A DNA stretch of 26,154 nucleotides. Origin: a virus (Duplodnaviria; Caudoviricetes). Below the pieces are notes generated by a model that did no database searches, was not told the DNA's origin, and saw only the letters and a program-made list of their open reading frames with translations. Below, in pieces: positions 15,685 through 24,791 of this stretch (within the stretch, counting starts at the first letter, position 1; each line of letters opens with the position of its first letter). Location: positions 1 through 26,154 of IMG/VR virus record IMGVR_UViG_3300036987_000516; one strand, given 5' to 3'. The position numbers were made by a program, and so were the translations under genes.

Positions 15685-18600
15685 TTGGAGGAAGAGCTTA
15701 AATTTATACTCAGCACCGAGGCGCAGGGCAGCGAAGCCACGAAGCAGAGCGCGACCAGCGCCATCCAGCAGGTCGGCAAGGTGTTCACGGAGGTCCGCAG
15801 CAACGTGCAGAAAGCGGCGGCGGATACGAAGAACACGCTCAACGCCATCGTGAACAGCGTCAGCTCCGCGGCGACCGATATGAGCAACCGCCTCAACGGA
15901 ATGTCGCTTGCCGGGCTGCAGAACGAGTTTATCAAGATCGAAGAGCAAATACAAAAGCAGGAAGCGGTGTTCCGGCAGGCCGAGCAGGCTTTTGAGGAAA
16001 TGGCCGAATGGAACAAGCAGTTTAACGGCGACGAATACAACAGCTGGCTGGCGACTCTCGGCGATGAGGCCAACAAAGCGGAAGAGCAGCTTCGCGCGTT
16101 GAAGGAGCAGCAGCAGCAGGTTGCGGCGGCGATCAATATCAAAACCAACGCGGCCCAGCAAATCGAGGAAACGAACGCGCAGCTTTCCGCCACGAAGCAG
16201 AGCGGCGCGCAGGCGAAGATGGGCCTCGACGCGGTGGCCAACGGGCTTTCGGTCGTCGGCAGGGCCACGGGCGGCGTGGGCAGCAACATCGCGGCCATCG
16301 CGATGGAAGTGCGGTACCTGAAGCAGGCGTACACGAGCACCGCCGCGACTGCGGGCAGCTCCGCCGCGACCATGTCGGCGGCGTTCGGCGCGGTCGGAAT
16401 CGCCGTCACGGCGGTCGTCATGGTTATCAGCGCGATCGCGAACGCAGCCGAGGAAGCAAAAAGAAAGCTGAAGGAAACGCGCGAGGAGATCGAGGAGCTG
16501 CGCGGCGGCAATATCGGCGCGTCGAAGCTGATCGGCGAATATGAGGAAATCAGCCAAAAGGCGGTCAAGTCTGCGGATGATACGAAGCGCATGCTGGAGA
16601 TCCGCGCGGAGCTGGTGGAAACCTATGGGTTTGCCGTGTCCGCCGTCGATGAGGAGGGGCGACTGCTCGCGGGAAACCTTGAAATCATGAAAGAGCAGCT
16701 CCAAATATCCCGGCAGCTGCTGTTAACACAGCTCGAAGCCAACAAAAGCGCGGAAGAAAAGGCATACAAGGAGGCTTTAAGAGATCGGGAGAGGTATCAA
16801 TTAGCAAAAGCGCTGGCAGAAGCGCAGGCGAAAAAGCTGTTTCGTTTTGATACTCCAGACCCCAAAAAATACGACATCGAAATTGAGAAGGCTGAAAAAG
16901 AGGCAAAGAGGGCGATCGAATCATTATTCCAGCAGATGGTGATGAGCGCACAGGCAGGCGGGCAGGAGGTATCGGAAGAGCTGCAAATCGCCATTTCATC
17001 CGCTCTTTCAAAAGCGCTGGAAAAGGCTTTTGCAGAGGGAACCGAATTCACAACCGAACAGGCGGAAGCCCTGATGCAGAGCATAATCGACGCGTTCAAT
17101 GCCCTCGATGCGCTCGTTGCGGACACCGATATTCCCGGCCTGCAGGCTGTCATCAACAAAATGATGGTCGATATGACCGGCAAGGGCGTGGACACGCAAG
17201 CCGCAGCGGACAGTATCAACGCGCTGATGGACGCAATCTTCGCGGGCGCGGACGAGGCGGTGTTTGAGCGCGCCGAGGAGCTGAAGAGGCGCATCCTGGC
17301 CGGGCTCGCGTCCCCGGAGGAGATGGACGAATACAACGCCCTCATGGAGCAGATCAACCGCGCACTCGCGGGCGCGATGGCCGACGCCAGCGGCGCGGAA
17401 CGCCGCGAGCTGTTCCGGCTGCGCGGCGAGCTGGTGATGACGTCCGACGAGCTGATCGAGTTCGCCAATCGGCAGGAAGCGGCGAACATGTCGCTGGAGG
17501 ACGCCGCAAGCAGGCTGCGCTCCGTCGCGGGTTCATTCAAAAGCGTGTCCGCCGCGATCGATGAAGCGGCAAAGCTCAAGGGCGCGTACGAAGCCATCAA
17601 GGCGTACCTTTCCGCCGGGGAAAAGACAGCGGAGATGCAGCAGGCCTACGCGGACGCAAAGGCCTACCTCGCCGAACAGTACGGCGTGGAAGAGGACGCC
17701 GTGGCCGGGATGCTCCCCACTATCAAAGACGATATCGAACTCAAAGAGGCGCTGGCGCTGGCGGATTATCAGGTGGCGCTGGCCAGCGCGTATGCGGCGC
17801 TGGCGACGATCCAGTCTATGATCGCAATGGGAAGCATCACTCAGACGCAGGGCCAGTTGATGGTCAATGCCTTGCAGGATGTCATTAACAAGCTGACGCA
17901 GCTGGGCAGCACCCGCATCACTGTCGGCGGAGTGAAAGCGTCGGGCGATTTCCAAAACGACAACAAAGTCACATCCTCCGGCGGAGGCGGCGGCGGGTCG
18001 CGGAACAAGGCGCTCGATAACGCGATCGCCCAGCTGGATCATTACCGGGCGATGGATCAGCTGACGACCGCCGAGGAGATTGCGAACCTTGAGCGCATTC
18101 TCGCCAAGTACGCCAAAACCACCGCCGAGAAGCGCAAGCTGACCGAGGAGCTGTACGCGCTGCGCAAGCAAAAGGCCGAGGAGGATCTGGAGTACCAGGA
18201 GGCGATGGATCAGCTGACGCTGCGCGAGAAGATCGCGGCGATGGATGCGATGATCGCGTCGCACAAGGCGGGCACCGACGCCCGCAGGGATCTCGAAAAG
18301 CAGCGCTACGAGGCCGCGCGCGAACTGGAAAAGCAGGAGTTTGATTTAAAGGTGCACTACGGGCAGCTCACGCTGACCGAGCAGGAGGCGTACATAAAGG
18401 CTCTGATCGCGTCGTATAAGGAGGGCGTGCAGGCGCGGATCGAGCTGGAGAAACAGCTTTTTGACGTGCAGCAGTCTCTCCGGCAGAAGCGCGAGGACGA
18501 GCTGTCCGCGCTGGCCGACGCGGTGACAGAAGCGTTCCGCGCGCGGTACGAGGCGATGCGCGAGGACGAGACGGAAACGCTGCAGGCGTCCATTGAGGCG

Positions 18601-19377
18601 TGGAAGGAATGGGGCGACGCCCAGACCGAGGCGCTGCAGGCGCAGATTGCCGCGCTGGACGAGCTGACAAAGCAGGAGAACGACGCCGAGATCGAGGCGG
18701 CCAAACGGCGCAAGGTCGCCGCGCTGGAGCAGCAGCTCCAGTATGAGCAGGACGCGTACAACCGCCGCAAGCTGGCCGAGCAGCTGGCCGCCGCGCAGAG
18801 CGACCTTGACAGCTGGCTGACGCAAAAGGAGCGCGAGGCGCAAAAGGCCGCGCTACAGGCGCAGATCGACGGCATAAAAACGACGGTGGACGAGCAGACC
18901 GCCGCGCTGGAGGATCAGATCGACGCCGTGGACGCTTACTACGACCAGCTCACCGAGGACGCGAGGCTGCAGGCCGAGGCGCAGCGCCTCATTATGCAGG
19001 GCAGCCAGGAGGAGATACTCGCGATGCTGCAGTCGTACGCGTCGGACTACAACCTGACCGGCAAGTCGCTCGGCGAGCAATGGCTGGACGGCTTTCTGGG
19101 CGCGGTCGGCGGCAGCTTCGAGGCGTGGTTCGACGGCCTGACGGAAAGGTTTGCCGCGTTTCAGACGCAGCTGGCCAGCGCGGCCACCGCCGCGGCGGAC
19201 GAGTACTACGCGAGCCGCGGAGCGTCCTCCACCACGCTGACGACCGAGAACTACAACAAGGTAATCAGCCCGGTGATCAACATTACGATCAACGGATCGG
19301 GCGCGGACAGCCTGATGACGCCGTCCGAGCGGCAGGAGCTGGTGGATGAGATTGTGGCCGCAATGAGCAATATGTGA
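15685..19377 (+). CDS. Tail tape measure protein
   Basis: About 1230 aa, Ala/Glu/Gln-rich coiled coil, hydrophobic segment (AFGAVGIAVTAVVMVISAIA), C-terminal PVINITING. TTG 15685 fits the AGGAGG spacing better than GTG 15676. Confidence 0.92.
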   Translation: MEEELKFILSTEAQGSEATKQSATSAIQQVGKVFTEVRSNVQKAAADTKNTLNAIVNSVSSAATDMSNRLNGMSLAGLQNEFIKIEEQIQKQEAVFRQAEQAFEEMAEWNKQFNGDEYNSWLATLGDEANKAEEQLRALKEQQQQVAAAINIKTNAAQQIEETNAQLSATKQSGAQAKMGLDAVANGLSVVGRATGGVGSNIAAIAMEVRYLKQAYTSTAATAGSSAATMSAAFGAVGIAVTAVVMVISAIANAAEEAKRKLKETREEIEELRGGNIGASKLIGEYEEISQKAVKSADDTKRMLEIRAELVETYGFAVSAVDEEGRLLAGNLEIMKEQLQISRQLLLTQLEANKSAEEKAYKEALRDRERYQLAKALAEAQAKKLFRFDTPDPKKYDIEIEKAEKEAKRAIESLFQQMVMSAQAGGQEVSEELQIAISSALSKALEKAFAEGTEFTTEQAEALMQSIIDAFNALDALVADTDIPGLQAVINKMMVDMTGKGVDTQAAADSINALMDAIFAGADEAVFERAEELKRRILAGLASPEEMDEYNALMEQINRALAGAMADASGAERRELFRLRGELVMTSDELIEFANRQEAANMSLEDAASRLRSVAGSFKSVSAAIDEAAKLKGAYEAIKAYLSAGEKTAEMQQAYADAKAYLAEQYGVEEDAVAGMLPTIKDDIELKEALALADYQVALASAYAALATIQSMIAMGSITQTQGQLMVNALQDVINKLTQLGSTRITVGGVKASGDFQNDNKVTSSGGGGGGSRNKALDNAIAQLDHYRAMDQLTTAEEIANLERILAKYAKTTAEKRKLTEELYALRKQKAEEDLEYQEAMDQLTLREKIAAMDAMIASHKAGTDARRDLEKQRYEAARELEKQEFDLKVHYGQLTLTEQEAYIKALIASYKEGVQARIELEKQLFDVQQSLRQKREDELSALADAVTEAFRARYEAMREDETETLQASIEAWKEWGDAQTEALQAQIAALDELTKQENDAEIEAAKRRKVAALEQQLQYEQDAYNRRKLAEQLAAAQSDLDSWLTQKEREAQKAALQAQIDGIKTTVDEQTAALEDQIDAVDAYYDQLTEDARLQAEAQRLIMQGSQEEILAMLQSYASDYNLTGKSLGEQWLDGFLGAVGGSFEAWFDGLTERFAAFQTQLASAATAAADEYYASRGASSTTLTTENYNKVISPVINITINGSGADSLMTPSERQELVDEIVAAMSNM

Positions 19378-19386
19378 GGTGAGCAG

Positions 19387-20265
19387 ATGCCACAGAGCGC
19401 AAGGTATGTAAACCCAAAGGGCAAGGCGGCGGTTTTCGGATCAGACCCGCCGTATTTATTTGAGACGATCAGCGGCACCGGCGCGGGCGACGTGCAGCAG
19501 AGCACCTCCGAGCCTGCCGACCTCGACGGCGAGCCGCTGGAAGACGTGATCATCGGGCCGCGCGAAGTGATGGTTAAGTTCCATATCGCGGGCGCCACGG
19601 AAAAGGAGCTGTACGAAAACCGGCAGGCGATACTGACGCTGCTTGACCCATACTGGAACAAGAACGGCGCGCTCGGACGGCTGGAGTACACAAACAAAAA
19701 CGGCACCGCATGGATCCCCGCGTCGGTCAAAAAAGGCCCGCAGGAATTCAGCTGCATCGCGGACTATTTCACGTCCATCCCGTGCGTGTTCTACTGCCCG
19801 GACAGCAACTGGCGCGGCATGACGTACAACCGCATCCGCCTTGCGTACCTGGGCGGCGGTATGCGATTCCCGCTGCGGCTGGGCGCGGTGCGCTTCGGCG
19901 CGCGCGGGTACCAGGCGACGATATACAGCCTCGGCGACAGGCCGTCCCACGTCGAGATGGACATTACAGGACCGGCCACGCGCCCGGAGGTGATCAAGTA
20001 CCGCACGGGCGAGTATATCCGGCTGCGGGCGGACAAGCCGCTGCTGGAGGGCGACACGCTGCACGTCGATACGACGCCCGGACAGCCGAGCCTGACGATC
20101 ACGCACAGCAACGGTGTGACGGAGGATGCCATCGGCTACCTCGACCTGTCGTCAAAGCTGTTCATGCTCGATCCGGGCGAAACCTTGCTGCAGTATGTAA
20201 GCGGCGACGACGGGCAGACGTCCACCGTGACGGTGGCCACGCTGCCGTGGTGGGGAGGGCGATAG
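19387..20265 (+). CDS. Distal tail protein (Dit, Sipho_tail family)
   Basis: Follows TMP; FYCPD..WR, FPLRLG, N/S.GD.PS.V.M.I.GP.T.P, F.LDPGE..L.Y. Confidence 0.85.
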   Translation: MPQSARYVNPKGKAAVFGSDPPYLFETISGTGAGDVQQSTSEPADLDGEPLEDVIIGPREVMVKFHIAGATEKELYENRQAILTLLDPYWNKNGALGRLEYTNKNGTAWIPASVKKGPQEFSCIADYFTSIPCVFYCPDSNWRGMTYNRIRLAYLGGGMRFPLRLGAVRFGARGYQATIYSLGDRPSHVEMDITGPATRPEVIKYRTGEYIRLRADKPLLEGDTLHVDTTPGQPSLTITHSNGVTEDAIGYLDLSSKLFMLDPGETLLQYVSGDDGQTSTVTVATLPWWGGR

Positions 20266-20266
20266 C

Positions 20267-21382
20267 ATGCCTGTACTGAGAGCGCAATCGCTGGACGGTA
20301 CGCCGCTGGCGTATATCGACAGCTGCACGTCCATACAGTGGACACGCAAGCTGTGGGAGATCGGCACGTTTGAGATCCACTGCAGCCTGAACAGGAAGGG
20401 CGCGGATCAGCTCATTGACGACAGGGTGGTGTTCCTCGACGCCCACCGCGCGGGGATCATCAACGCGTTTTCGATGGAGCGGACGAAAGCCCGCAAGAAG
20501 ATCGTGGCAAAAGGAAGCGAGCTGAAGGACTTATGCCGCTGGCGCGCCACCGTGCCCGGCCAGCTCGACGAGACGCAGTACTACGGGTGGGACCGCTACC
20601 CTGCGGCGGGCGATCCGGATGCGCCCGTGGAGAGCGTCATCAAGCACTATATTGACAGGCACATGGTAAACCCGGAGGACAGCAACCGCACGATGCCGGA
20701 TATCGTTATCGCGGCAGATCAGGCGCGAGGCGACGCGATACGATGGTCAAGCCGGTTTGCGGCGCTGTCCGAAGTGGGAAAGAAAATCGGCGAGACGTAC
20801 GGCGTAGGCTACGAGTTATACCTTGATCTGGATAACAATCAGTACGTGTTCGACACCATCCATGGCGCAGACCACACGGCCACCAGCTCAAGCCCGGTGG
20901 TGTTTTCCACCAGTTGGAGCAACATTGCGACGCTGAAATACGGCGTGGACAAGAGCACCTACAAGACCGCTGCGTACCTGGGCGGCGCGGGCGAGGACGA
21001 GGCCCGCCTGATACAGGTGATCTACGAGGATGACGAAGTAAAGGCCGGGTTTGAGCGCCGCGAGACGTTCATCGACTGCGGCAGCATTGACAGCCTTGAC
21101 GATCTGATTTACGAGGGCAGGTACAGGCTGAAGGACTATATTGCGGTGCGCACGCTCACGGGCGACACCGTGCCGAACGGGCCGTATGTCTACCGGCAGC
21201 ACTGGGACCTGGGCGACTTCGTGACGCTCAAATCCGAGGACTTCGGCGTCGAGCTGGACGTGCAGATCACCGAGGTCAAGGAGATCTATGAGCGCGGGAA
21301 GATCAGGGCGGTGCCGACGTTCGGCAAGCGCAGCCGGAACATCATCTATGACGAAATACGAAGGATAGGGGCGGTGAGATAA
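20267..21382 (+). CDS. Baseplate hub / Tal-like protein (ReqiPepy6 Gp37-like)
   Basis: SIQWTRKLWE.GTFEI, AYLGG.GE.EAR, G.ERRETFID, Y.YR..WDLGD.VT, ITEV.E.YE, PTFG. Confidence 0.88.
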   Translation: MPVLRAQSLDGTPLAYIDSCTSIQWTRKLWEIGTFEIHCSLNRKGADQLIDDRVVFLDAHRAGIINAFSMERTKARKKIVAKGSELKDLCRWRATVPGQLDETQYYGWDRYPAAGDPDAPVESVIKHYIDRHMVNPEDSNRTMPDIVIAADQARGDAIRWSSRFAALSEVGKKIGETYGVGYELYLDLDNNQYVFDTIHGADHTATSSSPVVFSTSWSNIATLKYGVDKSTYKTAAYLGGAGEDEARLIQVIYEDDEVKAGFERRETFIDCGSIDSLDDLIYEGRYRLKDYIAVRTLTGDTVPNGPYVYRQHWDLGDFVTLKSEDFGVELDVQITEVKEIYERGKIRAVPTFGKRSRNIIYDEIRRIGAVR

Positions 21383-22314
21383 TGGCACAGGAGATCAGCC
21401 GGTTTTGGGATTACGACGAGGTTAAAAACAACGAATATCAGGCGGACGAGCTGGCGGAGTACCTTCGGACGTTTTTCACGGACGGCGTGCCGGAGATGGG
21501 AACCAATTTGCAGATCGCAGCGGACGACAGCGGCATGCTGGTCAAGGCGGGATATGGCGCGGCATCGGTGCAGGGCTCGCTGTATCTGTTGAAGGACGAC
21601 GAGAGCGGCGTCAAGACGCTGCCGATCGCCGCCGCGCACGCATCCTTAACCCGCATCGACCGCGTGGTGCTGCGGCGCGACAAATCCGCCGCGGTGGCCA
21701 GCATCATACTGGCTGTTGTAACAGGCACGCCCGCGGCCAGCCCGGAGCCGCCCGCACTGACGCGCGAGGGCAATATATATGAGATCAGCCTCGCGCGTGT
21801 CAGCGTCGGCCCCGGAGTGCTGAGCATCACCGCCGCCATGGTCACCGACGAGCGCGAGGACAACGACCTGTGCGGGCTGTGCGAAAACAGGGTGACGCGC
21901 GTGCGGGTGGACGCCGTGGTGGCGGGGCTCGCGGGGAAAGCGAATATCAGCCATACGCAGGCGATGAGCACGATCACCGGGCTGCTGGACGCGCTGGCCG
22001 CGAAAGCGGATGCGGCGGCCACGACGGCGGCGCTTGCGGGGAAACAGGCCACTATAAACGGCGGGGCAAGCAGCATTACGGCTGCAAACCTGACCGCATC
22101 CAAGGCGCTTGTCAGCGATGGCGACGGCAAAGTCGCGGCGTCGGCGGTGTCGGCGACGGAACTTGGGTATATGGTGGGCGTCAGCTCTGCGATTCAGGCG
22201 CAGTTCAGCGGTAAAGAAGCAACGCTCAATGCCGACCAAAAGCGGAAGATCACGATCAGTTCAAGCGACCCGTCCGGCGGAGTCAACGGCGATATATGGA
22301 TCAAAACTCCCTAA
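21382..22314 (+). CDS. Upper baseplate / tail fibre protein 1
   Basis: N-domain RIDRVVLR.D...PALTR....YEISLA.V....TDER...LCG; H.HAMS.ITGL..AL-type repeat; C-terminal P.GG..GDIWIK. Confidence 0.8.
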   Translation: MAQEISRFWDYDEVKNNEYQADELAEYLRTFFTDGVPEMGTNLQIAADDSGMLVKAGYGAASVQGSLYLLKDDESGVKTLPIAAAHASLTRIDRVVLRRDKSAAVASIILAVVTGTPAASPEPPALTREGNIYEISLARVSVGPGVLSITAAMVTDEREDNDLCGLCENRVTRVRVDAVVAGLAGKANISHTQAMSTITGLLDALAAKADAAATTAALAGKQATINGGASSITAANLTASKALVSDGDGKVAASAVSATELGYMVGVSSAIQAQFSGKEATLNADQKRKITISSSDPSGGVNGDIWIKTP

Positions 22315-22330
22315 AGAGAGGTGATGCAGC

Positions 22331-22987
22331 ATGGCGAGAACTACGCCGGTACATGAAGGATATACCATCGTCAACGGTGCGGGTACCGGGCCGAATGGCG
22401 ACCGGATCGACGTCTGGATTGAGTATAAGTTAATACACCAAGCGCTTTTTGACGTCAATAACAGACATACGTCTTGGGTTGATTTTTATTTCTATGCAGC
22501 TTTAAAGCCCGGGCAGTCATCGAGCACAAACGGGGCCAGCGGAGCCTATGCTGAAATTGAATTATACCAGGCGGAATACCCGGAGGACCCATGGTCAATA
22601 TTTGCTGGCGGAAATAATTTACCATACGATTTCCGAAGCACAAACATCAATAATGACTTTACGCTTGACGCGGAGGTGGCCCATACCTATCCGGTGCCTG
22701 CGGATCCGTTTGAATGGGATGATTACCTCCCCTGGCCTTTTCTCCATGACAGTGACGGCGTATGCCGGGAAAAAATACGGGCGAGCTTTACAACGCCGTC
22801 CAGCTTTATCACGGGCGGCTATGTCAGCGAATTTACTCCGGCGCTGCCCGATATACCTTGTGGAAAGTTCAGGGCGCGAGCCGGAGACACGTGGAAGTCT
22901 ACCGAGGTATACGTAAGAGGGAACTCTTTCTGGCGGCCCGGAGATGTTTGGGTAAAAGATGGCGGCATATGGAAACAGGGGGTGTGA
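22331..22987 (+). CDS. Tail-fibre-associated beta-rich protein
   Basis: GAGGTG RBS; aromatic, beta-rich; C-terminal WK..EVYV....W...VWVK.GG.WK repeats typical of partners of GDIWIK-ending fibres. Confidence 0.7.
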   Translation: MARTTPVHEGYTIVNGAGTGPNGDRIDVWIEYKLIHQALFDVNNRHTSWVDFYFYAALKPGQSSSTNGASGAYAEIELYQAEYPEDPWSIFAGGNNLPYDFRSTNINNDFTLDAEVAHTYPVPADPFEWDDYLPWPFLHDSDGVCREKIRASFTTPSSFITGGYVSEFTPALPDIPCGKFRARAGDTWKSTEVYVRGNSFWRPGDVWVKDGGIWKQGV

Positions 22988-22990
22988 GCC

Positions 22991-23125
22991 ATGAGCAAAT
23001 ACAGCCGGTTCTGGTATGTCAAGATGGTCGTCCTGATGGCGCTGGTGCTGGCCGCGCTCCTATGCGGGTGTGCCATGGCCGCGATGGATACGCTTCAGTT
23101 GCTGCTTGCAGGGCAGCTTTTTTAG
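22991..23125 (+). CDS. 44-aa hydrophobic peptide, possible mini-lipoprotein (not in ORF track)
   Basis: MSKYSRFWYVKMVVLMALVLAALLCGCAMAAMDTLQLLLAGQLF*; GGGGGTG RBS; fills the gap exactly. Confidence 0.55.
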   Translation: MSKYSRFWYVKMVVLMALVLAALLCGCAMAAMDTLQLLLAGQLF

Positions 23126-23142
23126 AAAGGAAGTGCGTTTTA

Positions 23143-23361
23143 ATGGGATTTGAAGAGGCTTTAAGGCATATTAAAAACGGCGGGCGCGCGGCGCGCAGCG
23201 GCTGGAACGGCAAGGGCATGTGGGCGGCGTTATGGCATCCCCATCCGGATGACGCCATGACATTGCCGTACATCTATATGAAAAATCCAAAGGGCGATTA
23301 TGCGCCGTGGACGCCCACCCAGTGCGATGTGCTGGCTGAGGACTGGGAGATCGTCGCGTAG
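23143..23361 (+). CDS. tad2: DUF2829 / Tad2-like protein (predicted immune-signal sponge)
   Basis: F.EAL..IK.G.R.AR.GWNGKGMW...PYIYMK......PW.P.Q.D.LAEDW, the DUF2829 signature; ATG 23143 after AAAGGA. Confidence 0.82.
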   Translation: MGFEEALRHIKNGGRAARSGWNGKGMWAALWHPHPDDAMTLPYIYMKNPKGDYAPWTPTQCDVLAEDWEIVA

Positions 23362-23375
23362 GAAAGGAGATCGCC

Positions 23376-24680
23376 ATGGCACTCGAGGAGGGCCGTTTTT
23401 TTGTGGGCTCGATGACGGATAAGCGGTTTGAGGCGGACGGGCTGGCCGAATATGGCCGCCGCTTCCTGTCGTCCGGCGTGTGGGCACTGGTGACCAACCT
23501 GCAGGTATCCGCAGGGGGCGGCATGACGGTAATCGTAAACTACGGCGAGGCGCTGGTAGACGGGTACCCGTACCGGGTGCGTGATAACGGCACCGGGCAG
23601 CTCACATTCACACTGGAGGACGCGGACGCGACCAACCCGCGCATCGACCGGGTGGTGGTGCGCAAGGATCCCGCGACGCTGCGGATCAGCGCATACATCA
23701 AGGCGGGTACCGCTGAGGCGTCGCCATCGGCGCCGCCCATGGAGCGCGAGGACGAGGTGTTTGAGATCAGCTTGGGGCGGTTGTCGGTGGCTGCTGGCGC
23801 GACGGTAATCACCGAGGACGATATCACGGACGAGCGGGAGGATGCGGATGTCTGCGGGCTGGTGGAAAATAAGCTGGGCACGCCGATAGCAGGCGATGCC
23901 GGGAACATCCCCGTATATGCGGCAGGCGGCGGGCTTGAGGACGGCGGGAAAGCCCTTGGCGATCTCGTGTCAGGCGCAAACGAATCTGCCGATAATCAAG
24001 TAGCGCGGATGAGTGGGGTAACCGGAAAAGTCATCAAGGGGTCGCCCGTCACGATCGATGACGAAGGGAATGTCAATATACCGACCGGGAAGAAGTATAA
24101 GATCAATGGCGTGAATTTCTCAAAAAGCGACGTAGACCTCAGTAATGTTACGAACAACGCGCAGATGAAAAAGATCCCGTCCAGCGTAAGCGGTAACCTG
24201 ATAAAGTTTGCTGATGCAAACGGAGATACACCTGCAGATAGCGGCATCCCCGCGCTTGGTCTTAAGCGTGAAATTTTAACGCTGACGAAATCGGGCGATC
24301 AAACGGTATCATCAACAAGTGATACTGTTATAACATGGGATACGGTTGCAACGGTAGGCGGCACGACACTGCTTGAACGTAACGGTAATACAATAAGAGC
24401 AAAAGTAAATTGTTATGTAAGAGTTTCAGCGGTTATAGGTGGCGCAAACGTAACAATATCCTATGTCAAGATACGAATAAAACTCAATGGCAATACACTT
24501 ACACAGATTTTAGCGCCATCGGTATCGGGTTCAAGTGCATATGGCGGCATGCTAAATGCCCGCGCGATTGCAGTGTCATCGGGAGATTATTTTGAAGCTG
24601 AAATCCAATCGGGGGATTCTTCGTATTATGTTGCAAGTGGCGAATATTGCTTTTTTGAGGCGGAAGGGTGGGCGAGATAA
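23376..24680 (+). CDS. Tail fibre / receptor-binding protein 2, paralogous N-terminus to 21382..22314, C-terminal C1q-like jelly-roll head
   Basis: RIDRVVVRKD, FEISLG.L.V, ITDERED..VCG; shaft repeats GN.......G...DSG; DV.LSNVTN; AT-rich C-domain (I.WDT, IKLNG, V.SGDYFE). Confidence 0.8.
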   Translation: MALEEGRFFVGSMTDKRFEADGLAEYGRRFLSSGVWALVTNLQVSAGGGMTVIVNYGEALVDGYPYRVRDNGTGQLTFTLEDADATNPRIDRVVVRKDPATLRISAYIKAGTAEASPSAPPMEREDEVFEISLGRLSVAAGATVITEDDITDEREDADVCGLVENKLGTPIAGDAGNIPVYAAGGGLEDGGKALGDLVSGANESADNQVARMSGVTGKVIKGSPVTIDDEGNVNIPTGKKYKINGVNFSKSDVDLSNVTNNAQMKKIPSSVSGNLIKFADANGDTPADSGIPALGLKREILTLTKSGDQTVSSTSDTVITWDTVATVGGTTLLERNGNTIRAKVNCYVRVSAVIGGANVTISYVKIRIKLNGNTLTQILAPSVSGSSAYGGMLNARAIAVSSGDYFEAEIQSGDSSYYVASGEYCFFEAEGWAR

Positions 24681-24737
24681 TTTTCTACGGTGGGCAACTA
24701 CGAATCATTAAAGAACATAAATGATAAAAGTGAGCCG

Positions 24738-24767
24738 ATAGGCGCCGGAGAGGCGCTTATTATATTT
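24738..24767 (+). terminator. Weak terminator-like hairpin before the lysis genes
   Basis: ATAGGCGCC-GGAGA-GGCGCTTAT then TATATTT. Confidence 0.5.
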
Positions 24768-24791
24768 ACCTTAAAGGAGGATTAAGTAGTC

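Noticed and set aside
22762-23142. 127-aa N-terminal extension of the DUF2829 ORF
   Set aside because: Overlaps two better-supported genes in other frames; DUF2829 similarity and RBS start at 23143.
21382-24680. Diversity-generating retroelement or Gin-type invertible tail segment
   Set aside because: No reverse transcriptase or invertase, no near-identical repeat pair differing at adenines, no inverted genes seen; the paralogs are diverged throughout. Elements outside the window cannot be excluded.
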